Shown one piece after another: positions 20,797 through 30,655 of a stretch of DNA of 64,000 nucleotides (position 1 is its first letter; the number at the start of each line of letters is the position of its first letter). A model generated the notes under the pieces. That model was not told the DNA's origin. It saw only the letters and a program-made list of their open reading frames with translations, and did not search any database. Both the position numbers and the translations under genes were made by a program. Source of the stretch: Terriglobia bacterium (GTDB lineage Bacteria > Acidobacteriota > Terriglobia > JAJPHL01 > JAPKYU01); NCBI GenBank assembly GCA_965206645.1, contig CBDBKE010000004.1, positions 416,001-480,000 of the forward strand, in the 5' to 3' direction.

Positions 20797-23700
20797 TCAG
20801 TCGCTGAGCAAATACTGAGTCACCAACGCACGTGTGATGGCTTCACCGCGTCCGGAAAGCTTTCGAACGTTTTCTTCCGACATTGCGGAGAAGTCGGTCG
20901 GGTAATGGATCACTTCCTCACGATCCACCCAGTTGGCGGATTTCAGAGGTACACGACGATCGATCTGTCCGAGACCTGCGTAGACAAACCCGTCAAGTCG
21001 CCCGAATTTCGCGTGATCGTGAAGCCGCTGTTTGGTAGCGTCCTGGACTTTGCGCATGACTGCGGACATGACCTGGGTCATTCGTTTTGTCCAACTGATG
21101 GGCACCCCCTTGCCGGTGAATTGCCCGGCGCCGGCGTCGCTCGCGATGATGATGTCGGGGTTGTAACTGATTGCGCTTACCTCGAGATCTCGGCCAGGCT
21201 CCATCACACTCACGCCTAGATTCTCGAACACGCCCCCGTCGGTGACTATCACGCGGCATGTATCGGTTTGCCCGTTTCTCTCCAAAGACTTCGTCCAGTC
21301 GAACGGCGGAAGGAATGGCGGGTAGGCGGCCGTGGCCGTCACCGCGTCGGCGACCCGGAGTTCGCTCGCCGGTGCCCAGCCGTATCTCCAAGTGCCGAAG
21401 CGTTCGTTGCTCATACGGAATGCAGTGCCGGTTCGGAGCTCACAAGCGTTGAAGACGATCGCCTTGCCTTGGCGCGTGGGCGCATCGCAGTTCTGAGTGC
21501 CGACTACGCCAGCGATCGCGTCGGCAAGGACGTGTGTCCGCGAATAGCGATGTCGGAGTGGCCACGACCAGCGCGAGACGAGGTTGCTGGCACTGCGAAT
21601 CCCGGGAAAGAATGTGGAGACCAGATTTGCGATCCAGGTCATCAAGTCGGTGGCCAACGTTGGCAGAGCGACGACAGCAAAGTTCCACAGGAGCGAACCG
21701 AGGCGTGCGGGATGCAGGAGTTTTTTCAGCGCAGGTCTTACCAGACCGCGATGAAGGAATTTGACAGCGCTGTCATCGATTTCGGAGAACGCAGCTTCGG
21801 TATAGCCGACTAGGGCAGTCATGACCGAGCCGCCCGACACGCCGGATATCACATCGACCTCATCGAGTAACTTGAGGTCTTCGAGCGCACGCAATGTGCC
21901 AAGATGAAATGCGACGGCACGCGATCCGCCGCCGGATAGCGACAGCCCAATCTTCTTGTCGAGTGCCGCCACCGGAGGCGGAGTCGTAACACCGCCTCGT
22001 GCCCCGATTGTGATCTCCATTCCGTTTCGGTGCGCGGCCAATTCTCTCTTTTCGAACGCGTAAGCCCCAATTTGCGGCTTCTGTTCGGCGGCATGCCCGA
22101 CGATCACCATCAGCTGGAGGGCACCGTCGTCGGGTCCAGCCGCAAAAATGGTGGCGATGCCTTCGTAGTCCGTGGCGCTAGGCGTTGCTGGGCTGACCGG
22201 ATGGGAATGCCAGGTTCCGACGTAACGCACGATCCGGTGGGTGCGTTCTTCGTAGTCCTTGCACAGAGCTCTTGTGCCGTGGGTTCCGCAGCGGAAGAGC
22301 TCGGCGGAAAACGTGCTGTCCTGCGGCGGCCCACTGACGTTGGTCACCCATACGATTCCGAGGGTCTCGTCGAACTGTCCGAACAGTAGACCACCCGTTT
22401 CCTGTTCCGCGGATCGTTCTCGGGCCCCCGCGCGTATCCAGCCGATCATATCCCGCCAGACATTCGCCGACATCCGGAAGTCGAGCCCGTCCGCGACCCA
22501 CCGAATGTCCGGGCGAAACCTAAAACGCTGTTCACGAATATCGGGCGACTGGCAGATGAGAAAACCGCTGGCGATGTCACCAGCGTCGTCAAGCGCCTCG
22601 GCCAATGCATTGAGCGCCCGCGCCGAAAGGACGGCCACGTCGGCGTGCGATGCGACGAAGGTGGGATCGGAACATCCGGGTTCTGGCTGCCGGAGACCTT
22701 CGATAGCGTCAGACGTCCAGAAGGCCTTCGCCCACTCGCCGAGCCAGTCACGGTTCACGGCCGCAAGGCCTAGGCGGCGGAACATGTCGAGGGGTCCAGC
22801 TCGGTATCCGGACGGAGCGACGACTGCGACAGCGTGCTGCGCGGTGGCGCTGATCATCACCGAAGCGATTGGAATCTGCCGCTCGTGTTCCTTGAGTACC
22901 GCCTCAAGCTTGCTTCTAACACGGAGTGACGCGGTCGCATCGACCACGACGTCGATATCCGCGTCCCAATCGGTCCTGGTCAGGGTCTGGAAGACAATGT
23001 CCTCGATTCTCGCAAAAACTTTGACGTTTGGTGCGATCGATTGCACCCGACTGGCGAGTGCCGTGGCCTTTGGCTCGTTAGTGTCCGCAGCGGAAAAGTT
23101 CTGGCGAACCAGCACGCCCGGGGTTACGTGGTTTCGGTCGTAAAGCGTGAGTTCTGCGATTCCCGCTCGAGCGAGGTGCTCTGCAATGAGTGAGCCTATT
23201 GCTCCGCAGCCCCAAAGCGCCACCCGTTTTCCGCGAAACCAGTCCATCGCCGTGCCTTCGTCTCGCCGGGTTACGATCTCGGGACGGTTCTCAATCACAG
23301 AGCACCACCTTACACGTGCCTCGTTCCTCCATCTGATCAAGGTTTCGAAAACAGAGTTGATCAACGCTTGGAATTCTTCCGGGGTGTCTTCTCTCCTGTA
23401 GTGGTTGCTGAATTGGCAGGCGATCGAGGCTGCGCGCAGCTTGGCGACATCGTGCCCTTCGATTTCCCAAAATGTGAGGTGTTGGTGTCGTTGCGTGACG
23501 TCGCCGGCGACGCCTCGTGCAGGCGCACCGATCGCGACGTACAACGGGGCGCCCTTGGTGACACGCTCCGAGGCCAGCATCAGGTGAGCAAGCAGCCGAT
23601 AGCCCAGGGCACCTTTGCTTTCCAGGTGGTGGAGCAGGTGATGGACCATTCGGGGGTATTCGAACGGAAGCTCGAAGTTCAGCAAGACCGTGGGCGCGAA

Positions 23701-24297
23701 CAACACATCGTTCTGCAAATGTTGTACGGGCACCCACGCATTGACCTCAAGAAGGCCGGGCTTCGGCTGGTCGAGCACTGCGGCTCCGAACCATGGCCAA
23801 GTATCGCGGCCCGGCGTGTCGGCGTTCACACAGATCGATGTCAAGGCCACCGTATAGGCAACGGGCGGGTGCAAAGGACCTTCGGGATGGTCGAGTTCGT
23901 TGCGGGCTCCACGTCGAAACCACTCGTCGAGCTGCGCCAGGAATCCGAACATGCCTTGAGACGGGATCCACTGGGTGTCGAGGGATTGATACAGGCATAG
24001 GTGGCTTCCCCACTGAACGTGACCAAAGCCGTGGAATCGGGTGTGGGCAGTGTCGGCAGATGGCGGACTGAATGGGAAATCTGCCGGCACCCATAGCGTG
24101 ATGCCTTCGCGGTCGTGGAGCTGCAGACCGTCATCGACATGCTCGTGACGGGAGCAATCGAGCGTGATGTCGACGCCTAAAGAAGCACCCTGGTCGACGC
24201 TCTCTTCAACACCGATGATCTGAACCGGGGATCGATCGGTACCTGCTATGCGTCGCAGCTGGTCTAGCGCGGTCCGTTGGCCTTCACTAAGCGCCAC
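20797..24297 (-). CDS. E2-E1(ThiF)-JAB-patatin fusion protein
   Basis: E2-like HVQWGSHLCLY; E1 WGCGAIGS, DVVVDAT, PEPGCSDP; JAB ETGG...WHSHPVSPATPSATD; patatin LSGGGSR, GVSGG, DGG; probable GTG start at 24297 overlapping the upstream stop. Confidence 0.88.
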   Translation of the reverse strand: MALSEGQRTALDQLRRIAGTDRSPVQIIGVEESVDQGASLGVDITLDCSRHEHVDDGLQLHDREGITLWVPADFPFSPPSADTAHTRFHGFGHVQWGSHLCLYQSLDTQWIPSQGMFGFLAQLDEWFRRGARNELDHPEGPLHPPVAYTVALTSICVNADTPGRDTWPWFGAAVLDQPKPGLLEVNAWVPVQHLQNDVLFAPTVLLNFELPFEYPRMVHHLLHHLESKGALGYRLLAHLMLASERVTKGAPLYVAIGAPARGVAGDVTQRHQHLTFWEIEGHDVAKLRAASIACQFSNHYRREDTPEEFQALINSVFETLIRWRNEARVRWCSVIENRPEIVTRRDEGTAMDWFRGKRVALWGCGAIGSLIAEHLARAGIAELTLYDRNHVTPGVLVRQNFSAADTNEPKATALASRVQSIAPNVKVFARIEDIVFQTLTRTDWDADIDVVVDATASLRVRSKLEAVLKEHERQIPIASVMISATAQHAVAVVAPSGYRAGPLDMFRRLGLAAVNRDWLGEWAKAFWTSDAIEGLRQPEPGCSDPTFVASHADVAVLSARALNALAEALDDAGDIASGFLICQSPDIREQRFRFRPDIRWVADGLDFRMSANVWRDMIGWIRAGARERSAEQETGGLLFGQFDETLGIVWVTNVSGPPQDSTFSAELFRCGTHGTRALCKDYEERTHRIVRYVGTWHSHPVSPATPSATDYEGIATIFAAGPDDGALQLMVIVGHAAEQKPQIGAYAFEKRELAAHRNGMEITIGARGGVTTPPPVAALDKKIGLSLSGGGSRAVAFHLGTLRALEDLKLLDEVDVISGVSGGSVMTALVGYTEAAFSEIDDSAVKFLHRGLVRPALKKLLHPARLGSLLWNFAVVALPTLATDLMTWIANLVSTFFPGIRSASNLVSRWSWPLRHRYSRTHVLADAIAGVVGTQNCDAPTRQGKAIVFNACELRTGTAFRMSNERFGTWRYGWAPASELRVADAVTATAAYPPFLPPFDWTKSLERNGQTDTCRVIVTDGGVFENLGVSVMEPGRDLEVSAISYNPDIIIASDAGAGQFTGKGVPISWTKRMTQVMSAVMRKVQDATKQRLHDHAKFGRLDGFVYAGLGQIDRRVPLKSANWVDREEVIHYPTDFSAMSEENVRKLSGRGEAITRALVTQYLLSD

Positions 24298-25444
24298 GAC
24301 CGAATCCAACTGCCGTTGCAGGCGCGACGGCGGCGCCACTGGCAGCCTTCAGCGCGTCGCTCATCGACTTGCTGGATTCGCTCTTGCCGACATAGGCGAA
24401 CCCTGTCTCGCTGACCTCGAAGATGATTGGCTCGGGGTTCCTCTTGTCCGGATGTTCCTGGGTGCACATGAACTCGTTAGGGACGATGCGCTGATACTGT
24501 CGCTTCGCCTTGGCGTGTGGTGGATTATCACCTGGTTCGTTGCTCGCCGGCACAGGGTCCGAGCTCGAGACAACATATCCGGGATTGAGGGCAGCGTTGC
24601 CAATGTCACGCACGATGTCAGATTTCAGCGTCTCCTCGTCGCCGTCCTCGTCTTTCCAGTACATCACTGACTTCGAGCAATGATGGGGTGCGAGCAGGAC
24701 GTTCCAGGCCCGCTTTGCGGCTTTACTGCGGTCGAAGATTCGTCGGATGATCGGATAGCTAAGGTCTCCCATGAGCAGCGCTCGGCCGACGCCGGATTCG
24801 TTATAGAGGGAGATCTGGAAGGCAAGGCTACAATCGTTCCGGTCGCCGAAGCTGTCGTCCTTGAACGGGGCGTGCACAAACGCCTCAAATGCATTGGGGA
24901 CGTCCTCACCGTCCAAAGTTGTGATGGTTTGGCCCGGAATGGACAGGAATTCTTTGGGAAAGCCTTTGAAATCGGGCTCCTTGAGCAGGTCGTCGTAGCC
25001 GATGATGCGAATTCGACGGCCTCGTCCGGGATCGCCGCCAGCGTCTATGCCCACCTTAACACGTCGCATCGCCTCGTCGTGGAAGGCTTGCGCGTCTTCG
25101 CAGAGGTCGTTGTTCTCGCGGAATTCGCGGAACGTGCGCGGCGACATCCAGAGCTCGGAGATGATCACGCGGTCGTTCAGCTCCTCAAAGCCCTGGCAGT
25201 GGTCCAGATCGGGATGCGTGAGCGCGAATACCGACAGATACGGCTTGCCGCGAAGTTTCGGCAGAACCTTGATCAACTCGTCGATTACCGGCCAAGCTGG
25301 GTCGTCGTCCTCTTCGGACTTGGCCATGTGCCGCATGTCGACCTGTAGGTACACCGTCTCGGACACGCGAACGGTCGTGCTGTCGCCAGTGCCGACCGGC
25401 CAGAAGATGAAGCCTCGGGCAGGAGAGTAGATCATATTGAGCAA
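24287..25444 (-). CDS. ComEC/Rec2-type metallo-beta-lactamase-fold protein with a ubiquitin-like C-terminal tail
   Basis: PVGTGDS, THPDLDH, MGD and PHHCS motifs; ends in low-complexity AAVAPATAVGFGRGA. Confidence 0.85.
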   Translation of the reverse strand: MLNMIYSPARGFIFWPVGTGDSTTVRVSETVYLQVDMRHMAKSEEDDDPAWPVIDELIKVLPKLRGKPYLSVFALTHPDLDHCQGFEELNDRVIISELWMSPRTFREFRENNDLCEDAQAFHDEAMRRVKVGIDAGGDPGRGRRIRIIGYDDLLKEPDFKGFPKEFLSIPGQTITTLDGEDVPNAFEAFVHAPFKDDSFGDRNDCSLAFQISLYNESGVGRALLMGDLSYPIIRRIFDRSKAAKRAWNVLLAPHHCSKSVMYWKDEDGDEETLKSDIVRDIGNAALNPGYVVSSSDPVPASNEPGDNPPHAKAKRQYQRIVPNEFMCTQEHPDKRNPEPIIFEVSETGFAYVGKSESSKSMSDALKAASGAAVAPATAVGFGRGA

Positions 25445-25662
25445 CCCCTTATGCTATACTAGCACATGTTGGGGTCGGTTGGAAGTGCGAGGGTTTCAGT
25501 ACATGCGAGGTGAGCTCTGGGGAAATAACCGGCTCACCGTCAAAAAGCTCAGCCTTGAGCGGCCGCCGTTCTGACCTGCATGTCTCGACGTGACGAGTGC
25601 TGCGACGGGGCGAATAGGCACTTGCGATGCAGTTTCCGGATCTTTGAGACAGCCTCTTCACC

Positions 25663-26070
25663 TTGCTTCTAAGGGCCTTTACCAACCATGGTGTGGGATA
25701 CTTGCTTATCGGAAGCATGGCCAAGTCCCATTACTCCCGTCGGCGCGAGCCGCTAGGCGAAATGGACCTGCTGATTAATCCCAAGCCCGAGAATGCAAGA
25801 AGGGTAGAGTCCGCTTTCCGGGAGCGAAATTATCATCAGCTGTTGCAGCTCGAACTGGAATAACTTGCCCTCCCAAATCAACAACACGCAATTTTCGACT
25901 GCGGCGTCCGCGTCGGCGTGTTCTTTCTCTTAAGCCGAATTTTAGTTTGTGTAAAGCCTTCTCCCGCTTAGAGACAGAGGTCGTTGACAGCATAAGTGTG
26001 CGGGTCGCATCTGAATGTGATTTGGAAACGCTCGACTCACTGAGAGAACAGAGCGCACGAGCACGTTGAA
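25663..26070 (+). pseudogene. Decayed nucleotidyltransferase-like gene
   Basis: GVGYLLIGSMA...EMDLLINPKPENA followed by an in-frame stop. Confidence 0.45.
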
Positions 26071-26129
26071 CCGGAACGAGCTTCCCTAGCAGTCCAAGGT
26101 TATAGTCAGATTGTTCATAGGATCAAACG

Positions 26130-26867
26130 GATCGCTCGTGACCGTGTCGGAATAGTGGTATCGGAAGATTTTGGTGTTGCTGCATCAGGAAGGCTGGCCG
26201 GTGGGCAAGTCTCTGGTGAGGCGATTGTATCGGGAAGAAGGACTGACGCTGCGACGGATGGTGCCAATGAAACGCCGGGTGGCAGTGGAACGAACAGAGA
26301 GAATTAAACCCAGCGGACTGAACCAGGTGTGGAGTCTGGACTTTCTGGCGGAGCAGTTGGCCGATGGCAGGTGATTCCGAGCATTGACGGTGGTGGATGT
26401 ATTCGCGCGGGAAAGCCTAGCGGTCGAGCCGAGACAGAGTCTGATAGGGGGAGACGTGGTCCGAGTGCTGCAGCGGATTCAGAAAGACCGTGGGGCGCCG
26501 AAGGCGCTGTTCTGCGACAATGGATTGGAGTTCACGAGCCAGGTGATGGACTTCTGGGCGTACCGGAACGGAGTGAAGATCGACTTTTCACGCCCGGGAA
26601 AGCCGACCGACAACGGGCACATTGAGTCGTTCAACGGAACGTTCCGGGACGAGTGTCTGAACACACATTGGTTCCCGACGCTCGGGGATGCCAGGGAGAT
26701 CATCGCAGCATGGCGAAGGGAGTACAATGAGAGTCGTCCTCACAGGGCCCTGAGGGAGAAGAGGCCGTACGAATTTGCTCATCAAATCGCGGCTCGCCGC
26801 GATTTGATGGGTTCGAAAAAACCGCAATACTCACCTTGAAGTTGGTACGAAATCTCGGGACCCCTCA
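26130..26867 (+). mobile_element. IS3-family OrfB remnant
   Basis: VWSLDF, internal TGA at 26372, CDNGLEF, ESFNGTFRDECLN; terminal ...CCCCTCA. Confidence 0.85.
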
Positions 26868-26914
26868 GTCATATAAACCGGAATAAACTTTTTGGCTCTC
26901 CGGCGGTTGCGAGT

Positions 26915-27054
26915 GGCGTTGTTGCGTAATTCGCGCTCGCGGCGAACCGGGCCGAGAAGCTCATCCGCCTCAGTACACGCGCTCCGACCGTGGCATTCCA
27001 AGCTCCGCCATCCGGTTCAGCACAGCGCACTTGATCGCGGCTTCGACTTTTTGG
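26915..27054 (-). mobile_element. IS5-family (IS903-like) 3' remnant
   Basis: VEAAIKCAVLNRMAELGMPRS C-terminus followed by IR GGCGTTGTTGCGTAA. Confidence 0.65.
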
Positions 27055-27173
27055 GGTGTTGTCAAGTTGAGGCTGACGGGTGTTTCTGATGCCCAGCATG
27101 GCGCGTTCAAGACGGGCTGGAGCCCAGTATCCTGGGGGTCGATCGACTAGCTTTTCGTCAACTTGACAATGCC
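27055..27173. mobile_element. 119-bp IS6-derived miniature element
   Basis: GGTGTTGTCAAGTT ... AACTTGACAATGCC inverted ends, similar to the IS6 end at 63308. Confidence 0.7.
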
Positions 27174-27854
27174 GGCGACGGCGTTCTCGTTTAGAGGGAC
27201 GGCGTGCTGCATGAGGCTCTCGAAATATCGCATCGAGAACTGGACCTGGGTCGGCCAGAGGACACGCTGGCGGGCGTCCTGCGGGGTCCAAAGCTCCAAG
27301 CCCTCAATGACTGTTCCCTTGATGGTGACGGACCGGCCGTCTTTGCTGGCACCGAGGCGGAAATCCGCGGCGGCCAGCCGGTTGAGCTGTTCTTTGACGG
27401 TCTTGATGGTGCGCCCGCCCACGTCGAGGCCGAGGGTGCGCTTCACGAAAGCCGTGAGGCTGTCTTCGAGCTCAATGTTGGGCGATTGCGTGCGCAGGGC
27501 CTCGGCGTTCAGGTGGTAGAGGACAAGCCGGGGTTTCGGCCCGAAGGGCAGGCCCACGTCCACGAAATCCTCGGTTGTCGGATCGAGGAGACGACCGGCC
27601 TGAAGCTCCAGCCGGACCATGCCGTTCTTGCGCTGCCATAGCCGCACGGCTTCGCCGGGGTCGCGGTAAGGCATGCAGGTCTGGCACAGGACGGAATGCT
27701 GGTAGAGGATCGATTGGGCTTCCTCGTCCTGGAGAGGCATCGAAATGAGCCGTTCATGAATCCGGGAAAGCGGTTTGTGCTCGGGCTTGATGATGGCGGG
27801 AAAAAGGTCGCCGATGCGCTGCATCCCTTTTGCGGTTTTGTCGTCTATCGGCAC
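27174..27854 (-). pseudogene. repA: Plasmid replication initiator RepA (IncW-like RepA_C family), C-terminally truncated
   Basis: HSVLCQTCMPYRDP, GLPFGPKPRL, LWPTQVQFSMRYF; cut by the IS6-type end. Confidence 0.8.
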
Positions 27855-27890
27855 TTCCCTGCCCTCCTTTCGCTAATTTGCTAAGTTTCG

Positions 27891-28145
27891 CTAATTAGCC
27901 GCCGTTTTTCTTCCCTGCTGCTTTTCCCATGAGTCCACGGCCCGCTTGAGGAGCTGGATGTTTTTGAGCTGTGCGTCGAGTGCGAGGCGCTTGAATTTTT
28001 GCCTGAATTCTGGAGGCACCTTGAAATTGAGATCGACGAGCGTTTCCTTGGTGCTCTGCCCCCGCTGGAGTGAACCCGATACCGCAGTGGGGCTCCCTTT
28101 GGTTGCGAGCAAGGTACCGGCGTTGATCGCTGATGGTTTAGGCAT
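27891..28145 (-). CDS. Small partition protein (ParG-like ribbon-helix-helix)
   Basis: Overlaps parA; LNFKVPPEFRQKFK strand-helix pattern. Confidence 0.65.
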   Translation of the reverse strand: MPKPSAINAGTLLATKGSPTAVSGSLQRGQSTKETLVDLNFKVPPEFRQKFKRLALDAQLKNIQLLKRAVDSWEKQQGRKTAAN

Positions 28146-28824
28146 GTACTTTGACTCTCTTCTGGGTATTCGCTAATTCGCTATTGTTCGCTAATTCGCC
28201 TATGCGTTTCTTGGTGAACCGCCAGAGTTCGGCGATTTCCGCGGCGGCGGGGCTGCTTGGATTGATCTCTGGGGCGGTGCGGCCATCGGTCATCGAGGAG
28301 GCATAGTCCACCCGGTCATGCACGACGGATTGGAACACCTGCCCGTGCTGGGAAAGCGCCGCGATGGTCTGGACGGTGATCCGGGCGTTGGCCTTGGCCT
28401 GGGTCAGCACAAAGGCGAAAGGCGTCTCTGATTCCTTGACCAGGTCAAGCGTAGCCCCCAGGGACCAGAGGTCGTTGGGGCTCGGGCGTGTCGGGATCAG
28501 CACCAGGTCGGCGCGCTTGAGCACTTGCCGGTTCTGTTCGGTGAGCGCGGGCGGCGTGTCGATAAAGCAGGAGGCGAAGCCCGCCTCAGCCAAGGTCTGG
28601 AGCTTTTCAGGAAGTTCGCGGAGGTTGACGGGCGCAAGCTTGGGGCTTTCTGCTTCGCGGAGGTTCCACCAGGTGGCCAGTGTTTGTTGGGGATCGGTAT
28701 CAATGAGCACGGCGGGACCGTTCTTGGCGTGCTCTGCGGCCACGGCCAGGTGCGCCGCGAGGGTGGTCTTGCCGCTGCCTCCCTTCTGGGACGTGATCAC
28801 GACTATTTTCATTGGCATCGCCAT
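28138..28824 (-). CDS. parA: ParA-family partition ATPase
   Basis: SQKGGSGKTT, IDTDPQ, IDTPP, LVLIPTRPSPND. Confidence 0.92.
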   Translation of the reverse strand: MAMPMKIVVITSQKGGSGKTTLAAHLAVAAEHAKNGPAVLIDTDPQQTLATWWNLREAESPKLAPVNLRELPEKLQTLAEAGFASCFIDTPPALTEQNRQVLKRADLVLIPTRPSPNDLWSLGATLDLVKESETPFAFVLTQAKANARITVQTIAALSQHGQVFQSVVHDRVDYASSMTDGRTAPEINPSSPAAAEIAELWRFTKKRIGELANNSELANTQKRVKVHA

Positions 28825-29163
28825 AGGCTAAGGTACGCTAATTCGCTCTTTAGCGAATCTTAGCGCAATACGAACCCAAAAGAAAAGGGGGGGAGCGGAT
28901 CAGCCAGTGATTTTGTATCTCATTTGATAGTGTTTAATAGCATTGCACCACGCCCAAAACCGGGGCATTCGGGCCGCGTGGACGGGCCGAAAGGGAACCT
29001 TTCGGCCATACCAGACGCCTGAGCCGCAGCCGTGGGGCGCTGTCACCCGCAGGGCCGTAGCGCAGCGCAGGAGGTTTTCCCAGGGGGTGGACGCGGCGCT
29101 GGGCTCCTAGTGGGCCGGGTGAATTTTTCAGTAGCCTAAGACCGAGATGTTCCAGACCCGCTG

Positions 29164-30009
29164 ATGCTACAAACACGCATTAAAAACCGGCTGATTCGGC
29201 GCGGCATTGTCGCCTTGGCGCTGCTGGCTACGCTGCCCGGCATACCGGTCGCGGCGGGGCAGACATTTGACGAAGCTGTGGCAGCGTATGGCCGTGGCGA
29301 CTATGCCACAGCGGTGCGAGGGTTCCTCGTTCACGCTGAGCAGGGCGACGCCAGTGCCCAGTTCAACCTCGGGGTCATGTACGCCAACGGGCGGGGCGTT
29401 CTCAAGGACGAGGCCGAAGCTGTGCGCTGGTACCGGCTGGCCGCCGAGCAGGGCGACGCCGATGCCCAGTTCAGCCTCGGGGTCATGTACGCCAACGGGC
29501 GGGGCGTTCTCAAGGACGAGGCCGAAGCTGTGCGCTGGTACCGGCTGGCCGCCGAGCAGGGTCACGCCGGTGCCCAATACAACCTCGGGGTCCGGTACGC
29601 CAACGGGCTGGGCGTTCTCAAGGACGAGGCCGAAGCTGTGCGCTGGTACCGGGTGGCCGCCGAGCAGGGTCACGCCAGTGCCCAATACAACCTCGGGGTC
29701 CGGTACGCCAACGGGCGGGGCGTTCTCAAGGACGAGGCCGAAGCTGTGCGCTGGTACCGGCTGGCCGCCGAGCAGGGTCACGCCGGTGCCCAATACAACC
29801 TCGGTCTCATGCACGCCAAGGGCGAGGGCGTCCTCAAGGATTCCGTGCTCGCGCACATGTGGTCCAACATCGCTGGCGCAAACGGGAACGAAGCCGCCCG
29901 GGAGTTGCGGGACAGTCTTGAACGTGACATGACCCGCGCCGAGGTCAGCCGAGCGACTGAACTAGCGCGGGTCTGTATGACCTCGGACTATCAGGACTGC
30001 GAGCCGTAA
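29164..30009 (+). CDS. Secreted Sel1-repeat protein
   Basis: Signal peptide plus four near-identical 36-aa/108-bp repeats (AQFNLGVMYANGRGVLKDEAEAVRWYRLAAEQG) and a divergent fifth. Confidence 0.93.
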   Translation: MLQTRIKNRLIRRGIVALALLATLPGIPVAAGQTFDEAVAAYGRGDYATAVRGFLVHAEQGDASAQFNLGVMYANGRGVLKDEAEAVRWYRLAAEQGDADAQFSLGVMYANGRGVLKDEAEAVRWYRLAAEQGHAGAQYNLGVRYANGLGVLKDEAEAVRWYRVAAEQGHASAQYNLGVRYANGRGVLKDEAEAVRWYRLAAEQGHAGAQYNLGLMHAKGEGVLKDSVLAHMWSNIAGANGNEAARELRDSLERDMTRAEVSRATELARVCMTSDYQDCEP

Positions 30010-30139
30010 GCAGGGCTGGCATACGCAAATCCTTGAACATCGCGTCGTAGGAGAAATTAAGCGGGAGGAGTATTGATGGCCAAATCTTCGGCCAGGTGAT
30101 AGACCACCGCCGGTGGGTCGAGTAACACTGTCCTTTCCA

Positions 30140-30655
30140 TTATTCCTCCAAGTTAATCTGTTCCGTGTTTTTCCCGCGCGCCGCGTCTCGGATCTGCCGC
30201 ATTTTCTCCAGCTCAGAATCAGGAACGTCTGACAGGTCTTCGATGTGCGCGTCGGACACGTCGGCCACTTTTGCGACGGGCGGGAAGTGCTCAACGATGA
30301 CCCTGCTCGCGGTGCGAATTGCGGACACGCTGCCGTCATCGAGCAGCGAGTTCGCTACGTCAACGAACCGGCGGCGAACCTTCACAAGCTCGATCTGAGT
30401 GGCGTCTAAACACTCGCGTACGGTGAACTCGACAAAGGCGGCGCGTCGGCGCACCCAGTTGTGCTTCGTGGACCATCCTGTCCAGGCGCCGGGCGCGGAC
30501 GTTGCCTGAGCCTTGCCGGATCGTTGCCGGTATGCGTCACGCAACGAGCCAGTCTCGAGGTACGCGGCGAACGCTTCGTACGCGCGGTCTCTTTCGTCGG
30601 CGCGGCGGTTCCAGGGGTGCGGGGTGCCAGTCATGGCGACTATTGGGCCGATCAT
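30140..30655 (-). CDS. Terminase small subunit-like HTH protein
   Basis: PWNRRADERDRAYEAF...WSTKHNWVRR and DLSDVPDSEL tail resemble phage TerS proteins; homolog at 47385. Confidence 0.5.
   Translation of the reverse strand: MIGPIVAMTGTPHPWNRRADERDRAYEAFAAYLETGSLRDAYRQRSGKAQATSAPGAWTGWSTKHNWVRRRAAFVEFTVRECLDATQIELVKVRRRFVDVANSLLDDGSVSAIRTASRVIVEHFPPVAKVADVSDAHIEDLSDVPDSELEKMRQIRDAARGKNTEQINLEE

Larger units (their letters stand above)
27870..28867. repeat. Clusters of CGCTAATT-like repeats (parS/operator-like)
   Basis: Clusters near 27870-27899, 28169-28200 and 28836-28867, flanking both par genes. Confidence 0.6.

Noticed and set aside
20797-25444. Calling the operon canonical CBASS or Pycsar
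   Set aside because: No CD-NTase or cyclase gene is present; the partner is an MBL-fold protein.
26372-26374. In-frame TGA as possible selenocysteine
   Set aside because: It lies in a decayed IS3 transposase with no redox motif.
29330-29810. Regular 108-bp repeats as a possible CRISPR array
   Set aside because: No unique spacers; they are in-frame Sel1 protein repeats.
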